NCBI RefSeq assembly: GCF_052425735.1
Contig: NC_135761.1
Location: 35,216,001 to 35,280,000, forward strand
DNA length: 64,000 nt
Direction of reading: 5' to 3'
Source: Oculina patagonica
Taxonomy: Eukaryota
Under the pieces are notes generated by a model. It saw only the letters and a program-made list of their open reading frames with translations, was not told the DNA's origin and did not search any database. Shown piece after piece: positions 1 to 13,178 of this stretch; the stretch's first letter is position 1; each line of letters opens with the position of its first letter. The position numbers and the translations under genes are program-made.

Positions 1-1291
1 TACTAAAAACAGAACCCAACAAAAACGCTACTCGGGAATTAAACGGCAAAATTCACAACAAATAGAAAGCGGAAAAATTGCCAATAAATTTCGAACAAAT
101 ACAATTCCAAAAAATTACCGTATGAAACTGACACTTGCAAATAACTTTGAATGAAAACAAACGAGCTGAGATTGTAACTATCAACAGCTTTGCCTTTTGC
201 GAAGTTGCAAAAAAAGTTTCCGTTCTCAGGTAGCCGGCCGGCGCCGGCTAAGGCGGGAAAATGGTTGGCAGCCGGCGTGTCTTTCCCGCCATACAAGCAA
301 GCCAAAGCTACATGAATTTTACAGTGCTCAACTTCGAATATAAGATCAAAGACAAGACAAAGAATATATGTAAACAACTGTTCATTATTTAATTGTAAAA
401 CAACAAACATTCCTAGCTTACAATAAACATTTGTAAACGTCATTATTTCTGGAAATCCAATCTCAAAATCCGATCTAAACGAACGATTAAAAATCTGCCG
501 ACAGACACAATTTCCTTCGCCTACAGGCCATACTGCTTAGAACCGAAAATACGGTACAAATACACTGGACTCACCGCTTCTAAAGCTTCGTCGAAGCTTC
601 CCAGATCTTCCTCCCGACGTAACCGAGTAAAACTTCGAATAAAATCGTTCATAACTCGCCCACTTTCAACAAAAACATCACAAAACCGCTCTCCCTTCTC
701 ATCGAACAACATGGACGCGCGTTCTGATCGAAAGTGAAATGCGCGCGCAAGTTCTTATGGGATTTTTGACCGCTGGCCTCTTGCATTGCTCGAAGTTCAA
801 AAAAATCTCGTCTTAACAATTTAAAAATTAAAGTTCTAGTTGCCATGGCAACAGAATGTTCACTTAGCCCACAACTGAAATAAAACTCACTGAAAATGTT
901 CAATATTGTTTTCCGCTTCCCAATTTTAAAAATTGGGATAAAAATAAACATCAACACTAAAGCTCACCCATTTGCAGATCACTTGAGCACACTCTGGGAT
1001 AAATAATCCAGCTAAGGAAAATTTCAGAGCTTCCTCGATGACTCCTCTTCGGTAGTGAAATCACCAACTTAACACATTGAGTCTTAAAACTTTCATACAT
1101 CGCATTGTTCAAACATCATTTTCACTGAAATGCAAACAAAGGGTCATGTTCAATTTTAGACAAAAGTTGCAGCTGATTTATGCTTTAAATGTTTAGCCGT
1201 TGCCACGACAACAATAGTTATTAAGTGTAAGTAATAGGGTTCAAAAAAATTTAAACCAATTTTCATGCCAACAGTCAAGTACAATAAACTT

Positions 1292-3357
1292 TTAAAATTT
1301 TTGCGAAGAGTACTTTAAAATGAAAGTTATTTGATAGTGGCTAATGGCTACGAGTTTTTTACCTGTCGCTATCTTCATCGTCATCTTCATCATCTCTGGC
1401 AGGGACAACATCGTTGTCTTCATCTGACCTGTTGGTACATGTCGGCACATGTCAGTGCATTTAAGACCATTGGCGATGCAAGAGCATGATGGAGGTTTGC
1501 AAGCCCTACTGCATTGACATGAAAGAAGCTCCAGGACTGCTTGTGGAGCTGGCTGGCCACCCATCCAGTCTACAACCAGTTTGTTATCCACGGTGCACCA
1601 GCCAGCTCCTTCTGGTGGTGGGATGACTGGACATCTTTCTAAGCACCGTCGCCATACTGCAGCTTGATAGTTTGCCTTCGAGAGTGTTTTCGCAGCGTGT
1701 CTCGGCATGGTGGCAGCTGATTAGATTCAACGTCTCCTCTCTTCAAGCAAAACAGTCGGTATGGAAGCTCGTTTATGTCGCTTGTTCCCGGGTTGCTGCA
1801 GTACATAGAGCAAGTGAATTTCTCAAGACTACAGTATAGGTGATCGAAATGTCCCATTCTGTACCCAGTTGTAGGAAGATTTCTTGAAATTCTGCAATTC
1901 GTGACACAATTCGATATGCTGATACCTTGCCCCGTCCAGCAAAGGCACTAACCGTATCACAACCGGTGAACGCATGAAAGCCTGGTAGTGATCTGCATAT
2001 ATCTGCTCCAAACGTCAATGTACTTGACTCTGGTCTGTGAACCACATTTGACGAACAGCGAGGAAGAAATGGAACCCTTGAAGGCCAGAAGAAGTATTTA
2101 AAACATCCGTATCTTCTGATACTACGACAACGGAAACGAACCTTGATCGAGCTGCATGGGCTGCATGTAAGATAACTCGGGTATCGGCCTCCTCTTGAGT
2201 AGATTCGAGCCCACTGATAGGTTGCACCATTCCAAAGGATAACTGATAACATTTGTCGCCACAGGTGATAACAAGTGTCTTTCCTAAAAGCTTCTCTTTT
2301 TTTTTCTTCCACTCGCTAGTCACAAACACAATGAATGCTTGTTTGTTCTTTGAGTTAAATAGAAATCTTCTCCACTGTTTGACCTTGTGATCGTCTTAAA
2401 TGTTGCAGTATTCGCTTCCTGATCCTTCACCTATGTTTACTCTTTCTGCATTCTTTATGGGTTCCTCTCTGTAATCATCAAAGACGACATCAATCCTGTC
2501 ACTCGTTCCACCTTCATTTAGAACTCTGCCAAGCAAAGTTTCAGCAACTGCGGCAAATGCCTTCTGATCACCTTTGAGACTCTGAACTAGAGCCATCCCG
2601 TCTATTACACACGCAGAAGGCTGGGGAATAGCATCTGAGGCTGGGACATTTTTCTGGAGTTCTTTTGCCAGGGACGCCTTGTTTGTTTTACGGAGCAAGC
2701 CATCTGGGGTAGCTAATGACCATGGGAGTGGTCCCAGAGGATGGGATAACACGTCTCTCATCTGTAAGTTTCTGCTTTCTGCAATGACAATCATTTGCGC
2801 AAACAATCTTCTGTCGGCTTTGAGGATTACCTCTTGGTTCTTACCAGCCTTATATCGTTACCTTTTTGGTCAGGTGAGTAAAGGTCTTCAGCTTGGCTTT
2901 GGTGATTGCATCATGGAACTTGACTTTGGGTGAATTACATTGTAGTCGTTGTTCTCTGAATGCCTTATAGGCTTCCTTGCCAATATCTTTAGCTCCTAGC
3001 AAGTCACGCTCTACATCAGGCGTGGCTACCTTTCCTGTGGAAAGACAGACAAGATCTTGAAGATCAGGGTTGAATGGGTTGAGCCAAGTGTCTTGAAGAA
3101 TTGACAGTATGGACTTAACATCAGCTTCATCCCTGGCGATTCTTGAAGGCTGTAGATCATTGTGTTGGGAAGACGATCGACTGATGTGTAACATATCTTT
3201 GAGTTGCCTCAGGAACATGCTTCGGTATTCAGCGACTAAGTAGAATTTGCTAACTGCATTCGGCTTCAGGCTGAAACCTTTGGTTCCTGCTGACGTTTGA
3301 GTGTCTTTGTTGACGGTTTCCTCACACGTCTGATCAACAGGTATTCTCCCGAAAGGC
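1292..3357 (-). pseudogene. AcademX-type DNA transposon protein, 5'-truncated and frameshifted (transposase C-terminus, XPG/PIN nuclease, Cys-rich zinc finger)
   Basis: Successive minus-strand ORF pieces give PVDQTCEETVNKDTQ (transposase C-terminal motif), VIDGMALV...IDVVFDDY, EEADTRVILHAAHA...SEDTDV, HAFTGCDTVSAFAGRGK (XPG/FEN1-like) and SCQCSRACKPPSCSCIANGLKCTDMC. This domain order matches Academ elements. Several frameshifts. Confidence 0.8.
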
Positions 3358-4208
3358 TATATGATGCTTCGAAAGCTTTGGTGAAGGAATGTTACGCATC
3401 ATTTACAAGTCATCACTTGACAACTTTCTAAATAGAAGTCCTGGCGTAATATATTTTTAGCAAGCAGGCGTAGCAGCGCTACATGTATTTATAAGTCTCA
3501 TTAAAAGGAGGTGAAAAGAAATTTATAGTGAATTCGTTTGCTTTCAAGAATGTAGTCCGCTATTTTAAAAGTTTGGCCAAAACTACGTCTTTGTCTTGAA
3601 TGTAAAAAAATATATATTTTTTTGGACTGAAGCTGCAGTCTAGCAAGCTGATGTTGTCAACACCTACGTTGATGTGGATCAATTTTCGTCTCTAGCGGTA
3701 GAATAAATTATGTTTTGCGGCGCGCGGACTCGCTAGGCAAAAAAAATTCAGGTATGCAATATGGACATTGATCAAATCAGTGATCATTCGAATTCTAGCG
3801 AAGTTGCATTAAAATGGTGATTTACAGCGGTGTGCACGGGCGCCATCATTAAGAAGCTTTAAGATATTGCCAAATCTTTCATATGGTACTTGCATACGAA
3901 AAGAGAATTGTTCTGTCGGCAGTAGAAAAGGTTTGTTGTGCCTGTTATAAAAAAGCAACTGTATAAGGTTGTATGCGGCTCTTCAGAATGTTGTGTTTCG
4001 ATCAGATTGGCTTTTCACATCGATGGACCGGATTGAATACACTGTGTCCAGGTAAGTCTGTTCCGTGCTTTGTTTTCAACGTAGTCAAACAAGTGATGCG
4101 GGTCAAAATCGAAAATATGGATTGTTGCGAGAATTGTTCTACTCTGACTAATTATTATTCGGTTCTTTCTAATACACGTTTTTGTGCTGCAATTTCCTAA
4201 TTATATGA

Positions 4209-4343
4209 TCAGTAGTCGATAGCGTATTTATCGTACGCGTTTTCCGGTTCCCTTTCACATTTGAGCAGGTCGCCAATGCAGTTAGGTAAGGAAGCTTCAT
4301 GCTGTCCCTTCAATACGGCTGAAAATTGTATTTTTGCAGACAT
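4209..4343 (-). pseudogene. Truncated stand-alone HIRAN-like ORF
   Basis: MSAKIQFSAVLKGQH...GDLLKCEREPENAYDKYAI fits the HIRAN L-x-x-x-REP-x-N-x-YD-x-x-AI motif. It stops before the second half of the domain. Confidence 0.55.
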
Positions 4344-4615
4344 TTTATCAGGATATCTCTTCTCAATTCTTGCAGAGCAAAAACTCTTCACTTTGCGGAA
4401 AGTTCCGAAAAAGCAATCACTCACAGAAAGGCTCGAATTTAATGTCCCATTGTTTGATAATGAAGTGTCATTTTTACACCTCAATTTCGTGAAAAAAGCA
4501 CGTGGATCGACCGGAAATTGGTATCCCAATACGCGGTGTTCCTGGTGTTATAAGCTGATCAGATACAGTAGTACTGGACTGACAAAGAAGTTTACTTGAG
4601 AGTTATTTTGACGCA

Positions 4616-5734
4616 ATGGCAGACGTTATGGAGACTGAAGAGGTCAGCCTGCCAGTGAAGGTATTATTATAGAAGTGTCTATGGTTCATTTAAGAAGATG
4701 ACTGAAGAAACTTCATATAATTTCCAGTTGAACGCGCTCTCGGTTTTTTCACTAATTCATTTTCGTTGCAATCCAGGTAGAAATCTCTCTTCCAAGGAAT
4801 AAGATGTCGAAGCTTAACGAATTCCTTGTGAAGCATGGAGGAACACTCATCTCTGACATCAGTTCAGTTCAAGCGCAAAACACTGGCGGAAAACAACTGT
4901 TGAACGTATTGCGAATCTTAGTGAATCCATGAAAATGATTTAGGCATACATATTTCATTGCAATCAATAAGTAGTTTTATTCTTCTACTGTCTTACAGAT
5001 TCCCCAAACGGCGGGCAGAGCAATTTAAGCGCATCGCCTGGCTCTGCATTAGACACAGCAGAAATTAACCAACAAGCACTGCGCCTTTTGCGAGACAACA
5101 AAATTCCAATCGCGCAGTTTGCTGCGAACGTGTTGGAAAGATCCCAGGGTAGAGGATCCGAAATTCTAAACAAACCTAAGATGTTTGAGCAATTATCGGA
5201 GGAGGGAAGAGAGCCCTACCGAAGGATCAAGAACTGGTTGCAGCAAGAAGATCCCATAGCGGATCTGAGGGGGAAAATCAAAGGTACATGAATCACTTAT
5301 CTGACTTATGAATACGTGTAAAATCAATTCGCAAGACATATTTCCGGACTTTCCGTTGCTTGCTCAATCCATATGCCCGACTGTCATTATTCAATTACGT
5401 CGTTCCTGACGTTTTCCTTATTCTTCGCTTTGCATATAAATTAATACATGTTCAACTAAATTTAACTAGTTTTGTTTTGTTTTTTTTTGCTTACAGGGAA
5501 AAGGAAAAGGGCAGGTTCTACCACTACAAACACAAGAACTAAATTTTCGCATTTGCAGAAAATGGCCCTTGAGGCCCTCTTCAAAGAAAGTAGATACTCT
5601 CTTAAGGAGTGATCAAAGAATTTGCTAAGTTGAACAACCTTGACGGGGCAACCGTCAAGGTTTGGTTCAACAACAAAAGGCAGCAAGATGCTGGGGAACC
5701 AAATACAAATGGAAATAGGCCTTCTGACTCTTAA
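4616..5734 (+). pseudogene. Divergent CUT-class homeobox gene (single CUT domain + homeodomain), frameshifted
   Basis: Putative exons 4616-4660, 4777-~4905, 4999-5283, 5497-5734. Exon 3 reads LDTAEINQQALRLLRDNKIPIAQFAANVLERSQGRGSEILNKPKMFEQLSEEGREPYRRIKNWL (CUT). Exon 4 reads RTKFSHLQKMALEALFKESRY//GVIKEFAKLNNLDGATVKVWFNNKRQ (homeodomain), with a 1-nt deletion near 5600. Exon 3-4 phases agree; the exon 2-3 junction does not. Confidence 0.8.
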
Positions 5735-5854
5735 CACATGTTCTTGTAAGCTGTATAAGATAAACCTGGAGACATTTAACAAGTTGTTTTTATTTTGTTC
5801 TTATACGCCAAATATGGTTTTCAGCCACGAAATGATATCGATGAGTAATGAATG

Positions 5855-6047
5855 AAATCAATGACTAATCGATGCAATCGATGACTAATCGATGAACAAA
5901 AATTTTGTGGCCTATCGATTAGTCATCGATTACTCATTGATCATCGCCAATAATCAATGACTAATCAACTGATTACCCATTGATTACCTATTGATTACTC
6001 ATTGATTTCATTGATGTCATTGATGTCATCGATTAGTTGTGCCTGGC
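5855..6047. repeat. MITE-like terminus with internal ATCGAT/TGACTAATC direct and inverted motifs
   Basis: Repeated gactaatcgat / atcgattagtc motifs ending in ...gattagttgtgcctgg. No partner end found. Confidence 0.45.
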
Positions 6048-6648
6048 AGATAATATTCTGTGAGAAAGCTGGAAGTACCATCACTATTTTAGTCTTAAAT
6101 GGTGGGGTGTTCTTGATTAGTATTATAGAAGTGTTAACTTTTTAATAGTTGTTAAGACTAGGGTAGAGCAAATCGATAAGTTGGAGAAATATGTCCTTCC
6201 ACATTTATTTATTATGTTTGTTAAGACTGTTACGTTTTGCTATGTAGATTTGGAAATAAAAAATATACAGTTTTTTAATACACCTGTTTTGTAAGTGATT
6301 GTTTCACCGCTTTTCAAGTACTGACAAGCTTACTGTGCTTGTCATATATTTTTTGGACTTTTAAATCACAACCTAATGAGTCAGTTTACACCGTGGGTAG
6401 GTAATTAACAGGAGTGCTCAGTGGAGCCGATATGCACAAAAGCCGCTCCTCAGGCAGCACGATGCTGGCTGGAAAGTATCATATCTTGGATATATATTTG
6501 GCTGGGAATTCGGTGGGAATTATTGCTGGCTGGCGATTTTTTTAACCAAAGCTATTGTTGGCTGGAAAATGACAGGATACGCCCACTTCCTGGCTCACAC
6601 CCCGGCCTTCATACGCAGTTTGCGGAAACTTGTTTGCGTCTACAGTAT

Positions 6649-6847
6649 TCTCACTAAAAGGTCATAAGGAGGCTAACCCGGCCGGGTCTGCACGTCAAAT
6701 GTTTGACAGTTGGGCGTAATCTACAGGGCACTAACAATAGACAGTATTTACCTGTCTATTGTTAGTGCCCTGTAGATTACGCCCAACTGTCAAACATTTG
6801 ACGTGCAGACCCGGCCAGGTTAGCCTCCTTATGACCTTTTAGTGAGA
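6649..6847. repeat. Near-perfect palindrome (foldback MITE), ~96-bp arms, 7-nt loop
   Basis: 6649-6744 is the reverse complement of 6752-6847 with one mismatch; loop tatttac. Confidence 0.9.
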
Positions 6848-8279
6848 CAAGCATCCGTCTTTTCAATACACCGGTATATCCAGAAAGAGTGGCAGAAATA
6901 ACTTAAAGATAGACCTTGGAAGTTTCTATCTAAGATTTGCTTTTTTGAGCCTAATCTACGAATCAAACTCTGAAACGGTAAGCACCTACTTACTTTCGGC
7001 TAATGGAATTGTAGGAATACTTGTGAGCGGTGCGGCTGAGCGTTGGCGGACTCGAACGGTGTTCTGAACCACACTAAAATATAACACTTCCGATTTTTCT
7101 CAGATCAAGTGGACCTGGAAACTCAGTACTGTAACAGTGAGTGGAAAAAGGACCGGAACGTTGCAGGGTAAGAAAGAAATTATTTAAACTTGGCTCAAAA
7201 TAGTCTCCGTAGCTGGTATTTTCACAATTTGTGGTGCGCGCGCGTCAGTAGACATTGTAATTAGTGAAGCGGGCCTTTAAGGTTCATTGCTGGTTTTTTT
7301 TTTTTCGCGGCTTCACCGCTGGCTATTTTAGCTTGCGCTCTTCCTAACAAAAGGCCAGCTACGCTGGTTACGTATGCAAGGCTTCTTAATGTTTCACCAC
7401 TGCTCTAAAACCGGGATCTACATTCCCGCGTTGCGCGATCGAGCTGCAGGACTAACTGATCATGCCAGTTCTAGCTAGTTATGAAAGGGAGCCTTTTTCT
7501 TTCTGTTCACAGCCAGCGATCACATACAGAACTTAATTGCAGTTTTCCATTCTTAGCTGTGCGATTCGTTATTTATGGTACGTTTTATTTTTTCAAAGAA
7601 CGTGAATTAGCAAGGCAAATAGGGTGAAACGAATCTCCCTGATCATTTGCAACATGCGTAGAATATGATACCGGCGGTAAAACATTTTGGTTTCTGGCCA
7701 TTGCAAATGTATGTGCTTGCGAGCCCACTGGTATTCCCTGATTACTACAAACTGATCCAAATTTCTTCAGAGGTTTTCATGTGTAGCGTTTGCTTATCAA
7801 CACAATAGATTCTTTTATTTTACTCGAAGCTCTGGTCTTTTCCCGGCAATTACCAAATTATCCGCTTCTTCTAACCGTCTCTGACTAGTGAAATAGGATA
7901 TATAAGTTATTGCCGGAGCACTGATTGTGTGTTTTTGATATTATTTTAGCTAGTCATAGTCGTGAAAGTATGGAAAATGCAGAAAATTGCTTGGACTGTG
8001 TGCGAACTACTTTTACAAGGAAAAACAAGTGTCTGTTTGTTGTCTTTACGACCGGAAATTCGTGCAAAAAGGCTTCAGAGGTTGTGTTTTCACTAGAACA
8101 ATTTTTGCTAGATAAAGTTGGAAAAGTCCGGAAATACAGTGAAAACACTTTGTCTAGTGTTAAGCGAGTTAAAAATGCAAACTGTTTTCAAAAGGAAAAA
8201 CAGAGGGTTTTCTCGCCTTTTCTACAGGAAATTCATGCAGAGTTATACTACCTCGCAAGATGGTTTAACTTGTCCTGAC

Positions 8280-8790
8280 AAATACCGCAGCCAATTGTAT
8301 TGCGTGTAGTGACAGATGCCTGCCAAATGATCTGCCAAATATTATTTGCTAGACGCTCTCCCCATGGTTCAGTTTGCAAAACAAAACTTTTTAAACGGCA
8401 AACGAGCTCAAAAAAAAATCCCGTTTCTTTCGATTTACAATTCCACCGGCTCCGTTACCTTTCCTTTTTCACGGCACCAGTGTCGTGCGCTTTCGGCGAG
8501 GATTGTTCAATGTTGTTTTGCTGCTGGATCAACAGCATATCGTCGCATACTCCTCATTTGTATAGACGTTTACTGCATCCTATAAAAGAGAGTCCTTCTC
8601 CTTCGCGTAAATTTTGCACGAGAAGTCATTAAAAGCGCTTCATCTCCCGTATTTTCTGACTGTTGCGCGCTTTTGTAATTTGAATCTTCTGAGATAGTGG
8701 CTTAAATTTTCACAGTGAAAACAGTTGTCACGTTTAACTAGTTAATGTCGGTCTGTAAACAAACACCTAGAAAGAATGTTCAGTTAGTTG
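8280..8790 (+). repeat. Dispersed repeat copy 1 (copy 2 at ~11902-12394 plus 13188-13208)
   Basis: Long high-identity direct match from aaataccgcagccaat... to ...gtaaacaaacacctagaaagaatgtt. This copy is the empty site for the insertion at 12395. Confidence 0.85.
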
Positions 8791-9328
8791 ATCGGCCAAG
8801 TGAAAACACAACCAGAATACCGTAACCAATCGTGACAGTTGCCGCAGTCAAATAGTCAGGAAACTCAAACGAACCCCTCTCTGCCGTATTTTTTTCGGCT
8901 AATCAAATATTGCCGCTTTTCAAAATCGTCAACGACATATCAAAATTGATTTTTTTTTTCGATAAGGTTTCCACTTGTCTTTTTTTTGCATATGAAAGAA
9001 TTTGAGTTGGATTTCTTTAGGTTTTGAATATAAATTAGGGAATAGTTTAAATATTTTCAGGAATTTTCCCTGTGTTTTCAGTTATTCTGTTTTGATTACC
9101 TCGGTTTTTAAGCTTTTAAAATGGTAAAAAAATAGTCTTGCATTTTAACGTACAGTTTGCTTTTAAATCGATGTCTCTCAAATTTTCGTATCTCGTTACA
9201 AAATGCCCTAGTTTTACAGAGCAAAGACAGCAAACTCGGCGTGAGTAATTTTTTTTGGCGAGCGATTGCAGGCATTAATATTATGTGACACTTCCTCAGT
9301 TCCAATTTTAAATGCACAGCGAACGTTT

Positions 9329-9394
9329 TAACCTGCGATCAGGCGTTCTGTTGACCCTTCTGCCGCGAGAAAAGTAACGCCTGATCGGAGGTTA
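9329..9394. mobile_element. 66-bp solo-hairpin AcademH-type MITE
   Basis: taacctgcgatcaggcgtt...aacgcctgatcggaggtta inverted ends. Same family as the right end of 12395-13178 and the partial copy at 11080-11139. No clean TSD. Confidence 0.6.
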
Positions 9395-9549
9395 GCGTTG
9401 TTTTCGCTTTGTAAACCAAAGTATAATGACAGATACATCCGGTTTCAGTTAGGTAGTTGCGACGTGTTACATATTACAGTAACTAGGTTTCCCGTACTGG
9501 CACTGGCGTAACTACAAATTCCCATGCAACTTTATACCAAGACACGAAT

Positions 9550-10088
9550 ATGGGTGAGCAAGGTAGAACCCAACATGTAGAAGTAAAAATTAAGGAAAAA
9601 CCGGACGCCGTACCAGGAGAACGCATTCGCGCTGTTGGCATGTGCTTTTACAAGCCTGTTATCGACCTTGTTCCTGGGAATGTCTACCAATTGTGCCGAA
9701 ACCCTCAAAATCCACGTGATTCTTCGTGTATAGAAATTAAAGATGGATCGCGCGTTAGAGCCACCTTAAACAGAGATATATCTCAACTACTTTCCTCGTA
9801 CTTGGATACAAATACGGTTGAAGAGCCGACCTGGTGAGTATCCTTTTTCGTTGCTCGTAAATTCTGGAATGTTTTAGCACCAAGTGAACACAACGAATTA
9901 TGATCTAAGATTCCTTTTCTTTCGTTTTGTTTAGCTTGGTTCTGGACGATGCACGGTGGAGTCGTGGAGACTCAAGAAGACCTGCCAGGGCACACAAGGT
10001 TTCCATTTCAATCCGCGTGAGTTCCACGAAGCTGTGCCTTATTCTAGATAATTTCAAATTATATGACTTGACAGTGGTCCAGAAATAG
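9550..10088 (+). CDS. Intact two-exon stand-alone HIRAN-like protein (~145 aa)
   Basis: Exon 1 9550-9833 (donor gtgagt), exon 2 9935-10088 (acceptor ttttgtttag); phase-2 junction keeps the frame to TAG. IRAVGMCFY...GNVYQLCRNPQNPRDSSCIEIK...RATLNRDISQLLSSYLD follows the HIRAN pattern. Confidence 0.65.
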
Positions 10089-12394
10089 ACATTTGCTTTA
10101 ATATTTGAAACATCTGTGACGCGTTTGAGATAACAGATCCTTCAAACAAATATAAACTGTAACTTCCAAACGACATTTTTTTCACAATATAGAACAAATC
10201 TGCCAGTCAGGGAAAATGCTTTGTGGGTGTTAAACCAGATTATTTTTATTATTCGCTTTATAAAACAATGCGTTAGCAGTTAGAGGGACCATGGAGAACA
10301 TCGAAGGCTGGTTTTCGTTTCTTACTATCACCAGCAATTCGGAAGTTATTATTGTTTTGTTAAACTGAAAAGAAGTTGCTGTGATCAATCTGTAGAAAAT
10401 CTATGTGATTTCGTTTGCAAAAATAAATTCAACGCTTTATACTACATTTTTTTAAATTGTTTTGACATGTCACCTTTTGACTTATTGTTACCAAGTGTAA
10501 AACCACGGAATTAACGGGACTCGAGGGACAAAAGATTGTGGTTCGAGCCTCAGCGAACTTTGAGATCAGTAACCTGCTAGCAGGCTCTTTTGTTTAGGGG
10601 GAACGCGAGTCTTGGATCGAAAGTGGCGAATCAGATAAATCGGGAGAGAATCGGTCCACTAGAAGGTCACCGCAGCGATCTGAATGGTTCATATGTACAC
10701 ATTCCATGACCAACACAAAAACCAACCAGCTCCACTAGTATAACCACAACACATTTCTTAAATTCACGCAAAATTCCGTCTGCGAGTGACGAAGGAGCGT
10801 TCCGAAGCGAAACCAAATCATGTTTCCCACCAAAAGCAAGAGGTATCAATGATCAGGGGGCGGTCCTTCTTTGAGCACGTGTCTTTACTAACTGGTGTCG
10901 TTTCTGGACTTTTTGTTTGTGATCACTGACTAGCAGCAGGTCAACAATCTCCGACTAAAACTCTCATGCTTGTTGCCGTTTCCCAGGCTCAAAAGAGCAG
11001 ATTTGTTTTCTTCGAGCCAAAGAAGTGTTTTTACAACGATTTCAGATAGGGAAAATTGCTCCCATTTATTGACAATGAATAACCTGCGATCTGGCGTTCT
11101 TTTTTTCTCGGCGGGAGAAAAGAGAAAAAAGGAACGCCCCCAATTAAAGTATCTGTCAACGGGAACGTCAGCGATACTATCAGATAAACGATGTTCTTTG
11201 CTGGCGGAAATTCGATTGTCTTTTGTTTCATTCACGCGTGAAACTTAAGCAAATAACTCGAGTCGGATTTTATTCAATTAATTTTGACGTGTAAAGATGT
11301 AGAAGATTGTTTCAATTTTTTAAAGCACGCAATTTAAAAAGTTCTTTGACTCAAGAAAATCAGAAAATCGGGCAGCTCAGAAAAAAAAAATTGAACTTGC
11401 TTCGTAGTATTAACAAACTACGGTATGCTACAGGAGACCAATTCTTTTTTCATCTTTGAGTGTTCAAAAAATCGATCTCCAAATCCAGCTCAACAGGCCT
11501 GAATACTGGTCTCTACCCCAAAAATAGATATGTTACGCATATGTATGCTGCACCTTAGTAACGCTTGTTTGCAAATCCACAGCGCGACTGGGGCGTGGTC
11601 GTCATCTCAAATCTCAGAAGTAAAACATTTCATACGCATTTCTACCAGTAAATATTACTTTAGGCTGCAGTCATTTATGATATTTGCGACAGAACACCAA
11701 TAACAGCAAACGCTTATTCAAATGTCTGCGTGCGTCGATTTCCGTTTGCATGTCAGTTTTTTTAGGAGAAATCGGCTTTGATTGGCCGCAGATATAAATA
11801 ATTCACCGACGTGTTTTTGGTTAGGTAAAATATTGGCGCCCTGCAAGTTGGAAAAGTCCTTGGAGCGTGACATACCTAAACCGCGCGTCGAAGGACTTTG
11901 ATAAATACCGCAGCCAATCGCATTGCGTGTAGTGACAGATGCCTGCCAGACGCTCTTTCCATGGTTCAGTTTGCAAAACAAAACTTTTTAAACGGCAAAC
12001 GAGCTCAAAAATTCTGTCCACTCTTTCGATTTACAATTTCACCAGCTCTGTTGTTAACATTTTCCAGTTTGTCGGCCAAGACCTTTTCAATTTCACGGCG
12101 CCGGCGTCTTGAGCTTACGGCGAGGATTGTTCAATCATGTTCTTTTGCTGCTGGATCAACAGCATATCATCGCACACTCCTCATTTGTAGAGACGTTTAC
12201 TGCATCCTATAAAAGAGAGTCCTATTCCTTCGCATAAATATTGCATGAGAGGTCATTAAAAGCGCTTCGTCTCCCGTATTTTCTGACTGTTGCGCGCTTT
12301 TGTAATTTGAATCTTCTGAGTTAGCGGCATAAATTTTCACAGTGAAAACAGTTGTCACGTTTAACTAGTTAATGTCGGTCTGTAAACAAACACC

Positions 12395-13178
12395 TAACCT
12401 GAAATCATACCCTCCCTCCCTCCCTACTGCTGCAGGGGAAGGAGGGCATGATACATTTGCTTGTCGAAAGTCATGTAAAAAAACCAGATTCTGGTTTTTT
12501 GTCTGATTGGTCGAGAAACAATACTCAATGGAGTGGTGTGGACTGATTGGTTGTCGTATCTCAAAGAGACTTCCGGTCAGAAGCTGGTAATGGCAAAGAC
12601 GAGTCACGTTTACTGCAAGGACGAGTTCTTTTCGACGTTAGCTGAAGCCCTAACAGATTTCAAGTGTAACTCTCTGAAGGCAGAACAAATAGAGTGAGCG
12701 ACAATGCGTAATTTGGTTCCGTGAAGTGGTTTTGATGTTCTTCGAAAACAATATTCCAGAGATGTTGGAATGTTTACAAAAGCGACCGATGCTATCTGCC
12801 GTAAAACAGCTCTTGTCGGTGAATTCCTTTTTTTTTGTGTGTGTAAGCTGAAATAAAGGGACGGCATCTAGTACAACTGATAAATATATGTTCGCAAGCG
12901 CCATCTCACCCAGCTACTAAAAGCATTTTTATCTCAACACGGCGAAGTTTAAATACAGGCTGTACATGTACAATTTTTTTTGCAGACGTTTTTCACGCCT
13001 TGTGGAAATCCGAGTCTCGAATTTGCCGCCAACTACAAAGAGTGGTTTGACAGTTCGACGACACATTAGTTTATGTAAATTAGGGGGCGGCTGGCGGCCG
13101 GTTAAATAAATGTATCAGGCGTTCTTTTTTTCCCTCTCGCTTTCGTAAAAAGAAAAAAGAACGCCTGATCGCAGGTTA
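12395..13178. mobile_element. 784-bp non-autonomous AcademH-type DNA transposon with 9-bp TSD
   Basis: Ends taacctgaaatc...gatcgcaggtta. TSD acaaacacc at 12386-12394 and 13179-13187. The empty site is visible in the paralogous repeat at ~8759. Each end has a subterminal hairpin. Confidence 0.85.

Noticed and set aside
7925-8632. Short ORFs here and at 11718-12212
   Set aside because: No recognisable motifs; they lie in a dispersed repeat and frames are not conserved between the two copies.
10570-10943. Complete AcademH-type element (taacctgctagcag...ctagcagcaggtca)
   Set aside because: Ends are only loosely inverted and the flanks show no 9-bp TSD.
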